A stretch of DNA of 43,809 bases from an uncultured bacterium (GTDB lineage Bacteria; Latescibacterota; MVCY01), in assembly GCA_964595705.1 (NCBI GenBank), contig CAZQSC010000001.1, forward strand, positions 1 through 43,809. The letters run 5' to 3'. A program made the translations under genes and the position numbers. Under the pieces are notes generated by a model. The model ran no database searches. It worked only from the letters and a program-made list of their open reading frames with translations, and had not been told where the DNA came from. Within the stretch, counting starts at the first letter, position 1. Every line of letters starts with the position of its first letter. This document shows, one piece after another, positions 25,233 to 32,825 of this stretch.

Positions 25233-26009
25233 TCACCTCCATCTCTGGGATTCAATCACCTTAACAGTTAAAAAGAGGAAGAATGTTATGAAACTCAGGT
25301 AAAAAACGACATCCTGGGTGTCGATCACCCCTTTTTCAAACGGGAGCATATGGGTGAGGATAGAGAGATAGGAGAAGATCTTCCCGGCGCCAGGGCGGGT
25401 GAAGATAGAGGCTGAGCCGATCACCCAGAAGAGCAACAGGGCGCCAAATCCCAGAACTACAGCGATAATCTGACTCTCGGTGAGCGATGAGGCAAAGATG
25501 CCCACAGCAATAAAGGCTGCCCCCATCAGAAGCACCCCCAAATAGCCCGAAAGCACCGGCCCCCAGTCCGGATGGCCATAGGCTCCCAGTATAATTTGGT
25601 AAAGCACAGTTAAACCTATGATGATAGCATACAAGGCAAAACAAGCAAAGAACTTGCCCAGCAGAGTCTCGGTTATCCGCACCGGAGAGGTCATCAAAAG
25701 CTCCATCGTTCCCGCCCTCTTCTCCTCGGCGTAAAGCCTCATAGTGAGCATAGGAATGATGAACAAAGAGATGAAACTGATAAGCCCGAACATCCCTCTT
25801 ATCACCTGCTGGTTGAGATTCAGAGAGGGCATTCCCCCATAGCGAGATGCATATTGCATATAGTAGAGACACTCATTGCTGAATGTGACGGTCATCCCAT
25901 AAAAGAAATAGCCAGTTATGACAAGAAAAACTGCTGCCAGCACATAGGCAATGGGGGAGGTGAAGTATGTTTTGAGCTCTTTCTGAAATATGGCGGCGAT
26001 ATTCCTCAT
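25233..26009 (-). CDS. ABC-2 type transporter permease (GldF-like)
   Basis: 258 aa with about 6 TM segments. The N-terminal FQKELKTYFTSPIAYVLAAVFL is typical of ABC-2 permeases. It overlaps the ATPase gene by 4 nt. Confidence 0.85.
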   Translation of the reverse strand: MRNIAAIFQKELKTYFTSPIAYVLAAVFLVITGYFFYGMTVTFSNECLYYMQYASRYGGMPSLNLNQQVIRGMFGLISFISLFIIPMLTMRLYAEEKRAGTMELLMTSPVRITETLLGKFFACFALYAIIIGLTVLYQIILGAYGHPDWGPVLSGYLGVLLMGAAFIAVGIFASSLTESQIIAVVLGFGALLLFWVIGSASIFTRPGAGKIFSYLSILTHMLPFEKGVIDTQDVVFYLSFITFFLFLTVKVIESQRWR

Positions 26010-26950
26010 CCTTCTGCCTCCTCTGTAGTTAGCTGTAAGAATATCTCCTCTAAGCTTAACCCAACGCGTCTTATCTCCAACAGTCCAAATCCGCTACTGG
26101 TAATTGCTGCGGCCAATTGCGACCTGATGTCTGTCTTCACTTCACTCTCTACAAAGAAACCGTTCCTCTGTCCATTGCCCCCAGGCTCTATGCTAACGGC
26201 TGTGACCTGGGGGATCTGTTTGATCTTCTGCTCCACCTGATCAACAGGTCCTTCCACCTCTACATAGATTCTTTCGGAGCCTTTCAGGCGGGCGGTGAGA
26301 TTCTCAGGGGTGTCTACAGCAGCGATCCTGCCCTTATTGATAATGACCACCCTCTGACAGGTGACACTTACCTCCGGCAGGATGTGGGTGCTGAGGATGA
26401 TGGTGTGCTCTCCTCCTAACTCTTTGATCAACTGGCGAACCTCGATTATCTGCCGGGGGTCAAGTCCTATGGTAGGCTCATCTAAGATTAACACCTCCGG
26501 GTCGTGGATTAGGGCCTGAGCCAGTCCCACTCTCTGTTTATAGCCCCGGGAGAGTTTGCCGATAATGGTCTCCTTCACCTCCTGGAGGCCGCATTTCTCC
26601 ATCGCTGCCTCTGCCCTGCTTCTCTGCTGTTTGGGCTCGATGCCCTTTATCTTTGCGTTGAACTCCAGGAAATACCTGACAGTCATATCGTTGTAAAGCG
26701 GTGGGTTCTCAGGCAGGTAGCCTATTCTTTTTCTCACCTCCAGGGAGTCGGTGAAGACATCGTATCCGGCCACCCGGGCGGTGCCTGCCGAGGCGGGCAG
26801 GAAGCAGGTTAGAATGCGCATAGTGGTGGTCTTGCCCGCACCGTTGGGCCCCAGGAATCCGAGTATCTCCCCCTTTTCTACTCGAAAGGATATGTCGTCC
26901 ACCGCCCTTGTTCTGCCGAAATATTTGGTGAGATGTTCAACCTCTATCAA
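26006..26950 (-). CDS. ABC transporter ATP-binding protein (GldA-like)
   Basis: TTG start with an AAGGAGG SD 7 nt upstream. Walker A GPNGAGKTT, signature LSRGYKQRV and Walker B LILDEPT are present. Confidence 0.9.
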   Translation of the reverse strand: MIEVEHLTKYFGRTRAVDDISFRVEKGEILGFLGPNGAGKTTTMRILTCFLPASAGTARVAGYDVFTDSLEVRKRIGYLPENPPLYNDMTVRYFLEFNAKIKGIEPKQQRSRAEAAMEKCGLQEVKETIIGKLSRGYKQRVGLAQALIHDPEVLILDEPTIGLDPRQIIEVRQLIKELGGEHTIILSTHILPEVSVTCQRVVIINKGRIAAVDTPENLTARLKGSERIYVEVEGPVDQVEQKIKQIPQVTAVSIEPGGNGQRNGFFVESEVKTDIRSQLAAAITSSGFGLLEIRRVGLSLEEIFLQLTTEEAEG

Positions 26951-27217
26951 GGCAGCACCTCCTTTGGTTTAAGCTTTATTAACCTCCTTTAGAGAACCTC
27001 CTCGGTACTTTGGGCTGATCCGAATCCAAAGTGCCTTCTTCAGTAACTCACTGTCTTTAGACCTGCTATTGCATACTCCTTCACAGAGAACACTTTGGGG
27101 CTCTCATTCCCACACTACCCTTCATTGATACCGTGCCACAGCCTCAGACTCGCACCTCTCTACAGATAGAGTTTATACAATATAACCTAACTCCTTGTTT
27201 CCTGCAAGGGGGTCGCC

Positions 27218-28474
27218 TCACTCCAGAACCTCCCTCGGGTCAGAGATCTCCCCTCTCGTGGCCGAATAGGCCGCAGTGGCAGGAGAGCAAAGATAGATGA
27301 ACCCCTTGGGATTGCCCATCCTACCCTTGAAGTTCCGGTTAGCAGTGGAAAGGCAGACCTCGCCATCTGCCAGCACCCCCTGATGCACCCCCACACAGGG
27401 GCCACAGCCTGGAGGAAGCACCGAGGCCCCCGCCGCCACAAAGACATCCAACAACCCCTCCCGCAGAGCATCTAAATAGACTCGCCGAGAGGCAGGACAG
27501 ACAATAAGCCTGGTGCCAGGATGGCAGGTTCTACCTTTGAGAACCTCAGCCACTACCCTCAGGTCCTCCAACCGCCCATTGGTGCAGGTGCCAATAAATA
27601 CTTGATCCACCCTTGTTCCCACCGCCTCCGAGACAGGCTTGGTGTTGTCCACCTGATGGGGGAAACAGATCTGCGGCACCAGTTCAGAGATATTAATCTC
27701 CACAATTCTCTCATACCGGGCATCGGGGTCGGCAGCTATGGGGCTGAAGTCGTCGGCCCTTCCCTGCTCCTCCAGATACTGGCGGGTCACCTCATCGGCC
27801 CCGACCAGGCCTGTCTTGGCACCTGTCTCCACTGCCATATTCGCCAGGGTAAGCCTTTCAGCCATAGACATCCTCTCTACAGTCTCCCCGTCCAGCTCTA
27901 AGGCCTTGTAGGTGGCACCGTCAGCGCCGAGTGTGCCGATAAGGTAGAGAATCAGATCCTTGGCGTAGACACCTGAGGGAAAGGCCCCGGAGACAACTAT
28001 TTTAAAGCTTTCTGGCACCTTAAGCCAGACCTTCCCCAGGGCCACAGCCACCGCTACATCAGTAGAGCCCATCCCGGTGGCAAATGCCCCTAAGGCCCCG
28101 GCGGTGCAAGTGTGGGAGTCAGCTCCGATTATTATGTCTCCCGGACGGGCGTAAGATTCGCTCACAATCTGATGACATACCCCTTGTCCCACATCGGAAA
28201 GCAGAGCGCCTGTCTTCTGAGCGAACTGCCTCAGAGTAACGTGATCATTGGAGAGTTCACGGCGGGGGCTGGGAGCAGCATGGTCGATAAACAGGACCGT
28301 CCGCTCAGGATGGGCCACTCTCCTGGGTCCCATCTGCTCCAGCTCTCTGACTGCCAGGGGACCGGTGCCGTCCTGGAGGAAACAGAGGTCCACATCGGCT
28401 ATCACGAACTCCCCTGCCCTCACTTGCCGCCCGCAATGTCGACTGATAATCTTCTCAGCTAAGGTCATCCCCAC
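27218..28474 (-). CDS. aconitase-family dehydratase large subunit (3-isopropylmalate dehydratase / homoaconitase LeuC/HacA type)
   Basis: 418 aa. MTLAEKI, GADSHTCTAGALGAFA, IGTCTNGRLEDL and PGCGPCVG are the Fe-S cluster and substrate motifs of the short LeuC/HacA type. GTG 28474 or ATG 28468 overlaps the upstream gene end. There is no small-subunit gene in the window. Confidence 0.85.
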   Translation of the reverse strand: MGMTLAEKIISRHCGRQVRAGEFVIADVDLCFLQDGTGPLAVRELEQMGPRRVAHPERTVLFIDHAAPSPRRELSNDHVTLRQFAQKTGALLSDVGQGVCHQIVSESYARPGDIIIGADSHTCTAGALGAFATGMGSTDVAVAVALGKVWLKVPESFKIVVSGAFPSGVYAKDLILYLIGTLGADGATYKALELDGETVERMSMAERLTLANMAVETGAKTGLVGADEVTRQYLEEQGRADDFSPIAADPDARYERIVEINISELVPQICFPHQVDNTKPVSEAVGTRVDQVFIGTCTNGRLEDLRVVAEVLKGRTCHPGTRLIVCPASRRVYLDALREGLLDVFVAAGASVLPPGCGPCVGVHQGVLADGEVCLSTANRNFKGRMGNPKGFIYLCSPATAAYSATRGEISDPREVLE

Positions 28475-30302
28475 GGCTCTGCTCCTCTAGTTTAACCAGA
28501 TCTTCAAACTTAAGGTCGAACTCCAGCACTCCGATTATCTCTTCGTCCTGGTCTCTAATCGGGGCAGAGACGGTGATGCATAGGGCTCCTGTGACGGCTG
28601 AGGTGTAAAGTCCCGTCACATAAGTCCTCCCGCTCTTCAGCGGCCCGATAAACCACTCCCGGTCGGAGAAATCATCCCCAATGCGGTGGTATTCGTATTT
28701 TGCTTTATCCACCGGTTGAGTGATATTTCTGGTAACCCTTCTGCCTTCTTTATCAGTGACGGCTATCAACTGTACATAAGGATTCTCTTCGATCACCTTG
28801 GTTAAGAGGGGTTCCTGTTGGGATGGGTCCATTGAACGGATAGCAGGCAGATTCACAACCTCTTCGATAAGCTCCTGGGCCAGCAGACGGGCGTGTGCCT
28901 TTATCCGGTCAAAGTCTGAGATAAACAACTCTGGCAGATATTTCTTCGCCTTCTCCACCATCTCCTCGGTAGAGATACTGGTGACTCTGCCCTCTCTGTA
29001 TTGATCCATCACCCAGTGGTAGATTTTACCTACTCCTGGGTGTCTCTTATCAATCACTCTCTCCCCGGTCAGTTTGAAGTGAGAGTTAATCCAGTAGGCA
29101 ATACCAGCAGTGCCGGATTTGTCGGTGACCATAACTCCAGGAGGCCGATTCAGGATCTTAGTAGTGTCAAAGATATTGTATATCTCCTCATTTTTGCTGA
29201 TCCCGTCGGCGTGGATGCCGGCCCTGGTGAAATTAAACTCTGACCCCACAAAAGGATAGTTAGCAGGGATTGAGGCTTTGACCTCGTTTCTGAAGTAGTC
29301 GGCGATCTCGGTGATCACGGTGGTATCCACTCCGTTGGTCTCGCCCTGCAGGGCGATATATTCGATAATCAGCCCCTCGATAGGGGGATTGCCGCATCTT
29401 TCTCCGAAGCCCAGGAGTGTCCCGTTGGCAGCGGCACAGCCGTGGAGCCAGGCAGCCTCGCTGTTAATCAGGGCCTTGTGGAAATCGTTGTGCCCATGCC
29501 ACTCCAAGGCATAAGAGGGAACACCAGCCTCATGAATCATAGCGTGCACCATCTTAGGGATGCCCCGAGGCAGGGCTGCCTCCGGGTAGGGAAGGCCATA
29601 TCCCATAGTGTCACAAAGTCTTATCTTAATTGGCGGGCCTCCTAATGCCTCCTCCCCCACCTCCTCGTAAATCCTCATCAACTGCTGGGCAAAGGGGATG
29701 ATAAAGCCGGGGAAATCGGCCCTGGTGATGTCTTCCATGTGGCATCTTATCCGCACCCCGGCATCCATTGCCTCTTTTACAATGGCTAAATAAACCTCTA
29801 AGGCGGTTTCTCTGTCCATACCCAGTTTAAGAAAGATATGGTAGTCAGAGGCAGAGGTGAGCACCCCTGTCTCTTTCAGCCCCATCTGTTTTACCAGTTG
29901 AAAATCGGACTTCACTGCCCTTATCCATCCAGTAACCTCTGGATATTTATATCCCCTTTCCAGGCATTGTTGTACTGCCTCTTTGTCCCCGTGGCTGTAA
30001 AGAAAGAATTCGCACTGTCGGATCACACCTTGGGGGCCACCCAGTCGGTGTAGCATGTCGTAGAGATCCACTATTTGCTTAACCGTGTAAGGAGGCCTGG
30101 CCTGTTGACCATCCCTGAAGGTGGTACAGGTTATCCATATCTCATCCGGCAGCTCCACAGGTACTATCACATTGTCAAAAACCATACGGGGCACTTCTGT
30201 GTAGGGGAAGATATCCCTGAACAGGTTGGGCTGTTCTACATCTTCAATCTGGTATTTTGGCCGTTGTGGTTTTATAAGTTTTGATATCCCCATTTTTGGC
30301 AA
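28455..30302 (-). CDS. HMGL-like Claisen-condensing enzyme (LeuA/NifV/Re-citrate-synthase-like) fused to a C-terminal Cache-like ligand-binding domain
   Basis: The N-terminal roughly 475 aa carry NLFRDIFPY, IWITCTTFRDGQQ, EFFLYS, SDYHIFLKL, HMEDITRADF, LCDTMGYG, EWHGHNDF and GERCGN. The last 139 aa (nt 28458-28874) carry the Cache-type pattern SDREWF...G.TYVTGLYTSAVTGALCITVSAPIRD.DEEIIGVLEFDL. An alternative start is ATG 30293. Confidence 0.75.
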   Translation of the reverse strand: MPKMGISKLIKPQRPKYQIEDVEQPNLFRDIFPYTEVPRMVFDNVIVPVELPDEIWITCTTFRDGQQARPPYTVKQIVDLYDMLHRLGGPQGVIRQCEFFLYSHGDKEAVQQCLERGYKYPEVTGWIRAVKSDFQLVKQMGLKETGVLTSASDYHIFLKLGMDRETALEVYLAIVKEAMDAGVRIRCHMEDITRADFPGFIIPFAQQLMRIYEEVGEEALGGPPIKIRLCDTMGYGLPYPEAALPRGIPKMVHAMIHEAGVPSYALEWHGHNDFHKALINSEAAWLHGCAAANGTLLGFGERCGNPPIEGLIIEYIALQGETNGVDTTVITEIADYFRNEVKASIPANYPFVGSEFNFTRAGIHADGISKNEEIYNIFDTTKILNRPPGVMVTDKSGTAGIAYWINSHFKLTGERVIDKRHPGVGKIYHWVMDQYREGRVTSISTEEMVEKAKKYLPELFISDFDRIKAHARLLAQELIEEVVNLPAIRSMDPSQQEPLLTKVIEENPYVQLIAVTDKEGRRVTRNITQPVDKAKYEYHRIGDDFSDREWFIGPLKSGRTYVTGLYTSAVTGALCITVSAPIRDQDEEIIGVLEFDLKFEDLVKLEEQSRGDDLS

Positions 30303-30454
30303 ACTCTCCTTTCGAATTTAGAAGACATTGTCAAAAATTTAACCAGAGAGAACGCAGAGAAAAATCCTATATTAGATCCCTCCGCGCACTCCACACCTCT
30401 CTGTGCTCCCTGTGGTCTGTTTCATCCAATTTTTGATACTTTCGGTCAGGTTTG

Positions 30455-31249
30455 TCAGAAGCTCTCCTCCAGTGAGGGGAACTTCCCTCTCTTTACATCC
30501 TGTAGGTAGGCTGTACAGGCCTGTCTTATCTGTTTGCTCAGCTCCGCATATCTCCTTACAAATGGGGGGTGAAACCTCTCAAACAGTCCCAGCATATCGT
30601 GGGTCACCAGGATCTGGCCGTCGCAGTCGGGACCAGCTCCAATTCCGACTGTCGGGATGGTCAGACTTTCAGATACTTCCCGTGCCAGCTGGCGAGGGAT
30701 CTTCTCCAAAACAATAGAGAAAACCCCACATTCCTGGAGGATCTTTGCGTCTTTGCGCAACTTCTCGGCCTCTCGGGAACTTCTGGCTCGCACTGCATAG
30801 CTGCCAAATTTGTGAACCGACTGGGGCAGAAGTCCCAGATGGCCCATCACCGGGATACCGGCATCAACTATCCTCTTCACGGTGGGAGCAATCTCCTCCC
30901 CACCCTCCAGCTTCACCGCCTCTGCCCCTGCCTCCTGGAGAAACCTACCGGCATTCCGCACTGCCTCATCTGGATTTATCTGAAAAGACATAAATGGCAT
31001 ATCGCCAACTACTAAGGCATTTTTGACATGCTGGGAAACTATCCTGGTGTGGTAGAGCATCTGCTCTAAACTCACCTGTACCGTAGTCTCATACCCGGCA
31101 AAAACAGTCCCCAATGAGTCACCCACCAAGATGAGGTCGATGCCTATCTCATCAAGGATAGCGGCCATGATATAGTCGTAAGCAGTGAGGGCGGCGATCT
31201 TCTCCCCTCGGGCCTTCATTTCGATGAGGGTCGCAGTGGTTTTTTTCAA
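30455..31249 (-). CDS. panB: 3-methyl-2-oxobutanoate hydroxymethyltransferase
   Basis: TTG start with an AGGAGGG SD 7 nt upstream. KIAALTAYDY, LVGDSLG and GADAV-type motifs (AEAVKLEGG) are canonical PanB. Confidence 0.95.
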   Translation of the reverse strand: MKKTTATLIEMKARGEKIAALTAYDYIMAAILDEIGIDLILVGDSLGTVFAGYETTVQVSLEQMLYHTRIVSQHVKNALVVGDMPFMSFQINPDEAVRNAGRFLQEAGAEAVKLEGGEEIAPTVKRIVDAGIPVMGHLGLLPQSVHKFGSYAVRARSSREAEKLRKDAKILQECGVFSIVLEKIPRQLAREVSESLTIPTVGIGAGPDCDGQILVTHDMLGLFERFHPPFVRRYAELSKQIRQACTAYLQDVKRGKFPSLEESF

Positions 31250-31334
31250 AATATTACCCTCCTATCTATTTCACTCTTAGCTGAGTTACATCTATGTATA
31301 ATACTGCTTTGCCCTTTTGTTGTCAAGATTTTTA

Positions 31335-31363
31335 TTGACCCGCTCACTACGTCATTGTATATT
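31335..31363 (+). promoter_or_regulatory. candidate sigma-70 promoter for the 31485 gene
   Basis: TTGACC (31335-31340), a 17-nt spacer, then TATATT (31358-31363). This implies a roughly 115-nt 5' UTR containing heptad element E. Confidence 0.45.
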
Positions 31364-31396
31364 AGCTGGGCAGATTTAAAGTAATTGCGGCATTAA

Positions 31397-31468
31397 GTCA
31401 ACAGTCATTAGTGGTCATTAGGAGAGTGAATCGATTACTTGTCAGTTAATCTGTTTAACCAGTTAATT
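31397..31468. repeat. heptad-repeat intergenic element, copy E
   Basis: GTCAACA GTCATTA GTG GTCATTA G..GTGAATCGATTACTTGTCAGTTAATCTGTTTAACCAGTTAATT. It shares GTCATTAG units, GTGAAT and TTAACCAGTTAA with copy A. Confidence 0.55.
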
Positions 31469-31484
31469 CCTTTGCGCAAAACAA

Positions 31485-32036
31485 ATGACAACCTATGATT
31501 TAGCCATTACTGCCGTTTTCATTGCCTTAGTTGTCACCCTGGGCTATGCCTTTATCTTCCTCCCCAATGTAGAGGCGGTGACGGCTACTGTATTCATCTC
31601 CGGATTCCTTCTGGGCAAAAAACGGGGAGCGATTGTAGGCCTTTTAGGAGAGTTCATCTATGCATTAGTAAACCCCTACGGGGCATCAATGCCACCGCTT
31701 TTAGCGGCTCAGGTGGGCTCAATGGGCCTGACAGGTCTGTTAGGGGGATTTGTCGGCAGTCGCTTTAAGAGAGAAATCACATTCAAGGCTCTGTTGCTTG
31801 TGAGGTTCGCCCTCTGGGGAATTCTGTTAACCCTCATTTACGATGTGGCAACTTGTATCGGCTTTTTCACCTTCGCAGGGTTCTCTCCCCGCCAGATGCT
31901 GGCAAGCCTTGCAGTGGGCCTGCCTTTCTATGCCGTCCATCTGATCTCCAACACCGTAATCTTCGCATCGGTTGTCCCTGTGCTGCTCAAGATAGCCTTA
32001 GACAGGAGACTTCTGCAGGAAAGAGAAGATAAATAA
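31485..32036 (+). CDS. small polytopic membrane protein, ECF-transporter S-component-like (tentative)
   Basis: 183 aa with about 5-6 hydrophobic segments. The start (DLAITAVFIALVVTLGYAFIFLPNVEAVTATVF) resembles ECF S components. I see no ECF A/T genes nearby. Confidence 0.45.
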   Translation: MTTYDLAITAVFIALVVTLGYAFIFLPNVEAVTATVFISGFLLGKKRGAIVGLLGEFIYALVNPYGASMPPLLAAQVGSMGLTGLLGGFVGSRFKREITFKALLLVRFALWGILLTLIYDVATCIGFFTFAGFSPRQMLASLAVGLPFYAVHLISNTVIFASVVPVLLKIALDRRLLQEREDK

Positions 32037-32128
32037 ATTCTATGTGAATGACAAAATCCAAAGCCCAACTGCCAAAATATCTATTTCTTTTGGATATTTG
32101 AATTTTGATAATTAACATTCCTTTCCAG

Positions 32129-32800
32129 CTAAAACCTAGCAGTCTGTCTGCTTTCACCCTTGTAAAATCTTTCAACTGTGGCCACCACCTCTTCAGGGGT
32201 ATCCACGACGGTAAATATTTTCATATCTCTCTTGGATATATATCCTCTATCTAAGCAAATCTTCTGCAGCCAGTTCAAAAGTCCATCCCAGTATTCTCTG
32301 CCCAACAGGATCACCGGGAAGCTTTCGATTCTCTTGGTCTGGATTAAGGTTACGGCCTCGAACAGCTCATCCATGGTGCCAAAACCGCCAGGCATTATCA
32401 CAAACGCCTTAGCGTATTTGACGAACATAACCTTGCGACAGAAAAAATAGCGGAACTCCAGAAGAGTAGTTATAAAGCGATTGCTCTTTTGTTGAGATGG
32501 AATAATAATGTTAAGTCCCACGGAGGTCCCTCCGGCCTCTTTGGCCCCCTTGTTGGCCGCCTCCATAATCCCCGGACCGCCCCCAGTGATCACCCCATAG
32601 CCGGCCCTAACCAGCAGTGAGGCGGTCTGTTCGGCTAACCGGTAATACCTGTCTCCCCGTTTAGCCTTGGAAGAGCCAAATATGGAAACCGCCGGTCCAA
32701 TCTTGGAAAGCGTCTCAAATCCCTCCACAAACTCGGCCATTATCCGAAATACCCGCCAGGTGTCCTCTCCTGTGAAACCAAGTTCAGTCCTCTCCGCCAT
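32129..32800 (-). CDS. LOG-family (TIGR00730-type) Rossmann-fold nucleotide-binding protein
   Basis: I moved the start to ATG 32800 (GGAGG SD 5 nt upstream). GGGPGIMEAANKGA and the PGGFGTMDELFE motifs are diagnostic of LOG/lysine-decarboxylase-like proteins. Confidence 0.85.
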   Translation of the reverse strand: MAERTELGFTGEDTWRVFRIMAEFVEGFETLSKIGPAVSIFGSSKAKRGDRYYRLAEQTASLLVRAGYGVITGGGPGIMEAANKGAKEAGGTSVGLNIIIPSQQKSNRFITTLLEFRYFFCRKVMFVKYAKAFVIMPGGFGTMDELFEAVTLIQTKRIESFPVILLGREYWDGLLNWLQKICLDRGYISKRDMKIFTVVDTPEEVVATVERFYKGESRQTARF

Positions 32801-32825
32801 ACCGGCCTCCGTTCTCTGATGCTTT

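Noticed and set aside
27125-27150. A possible sigma-54 promoter. The minus strand reads TGGCACGGTATCAATG upstream of the ABC-2 operon. Other GG-N10-GC-like candidates lie upstream of 30302 and 34364.
   Set aside because: The -12 element is wrong (CAAT, TTGA, or the wrong spacing, instead of TTGC at the consensus distance). None fits TGGCAC-N5-TTGC.
27187-27471. A 94-aa ORF downstream of and overlapping the leuC-type gene end, considered as a possible missing small subunit.
   Set aside because: It overlaps the LeuC-type CDS in another frame and has no LeuD/HacB-like motifs (for example the GSSREHA-type motif). Its composition looks like a shadow ORF.
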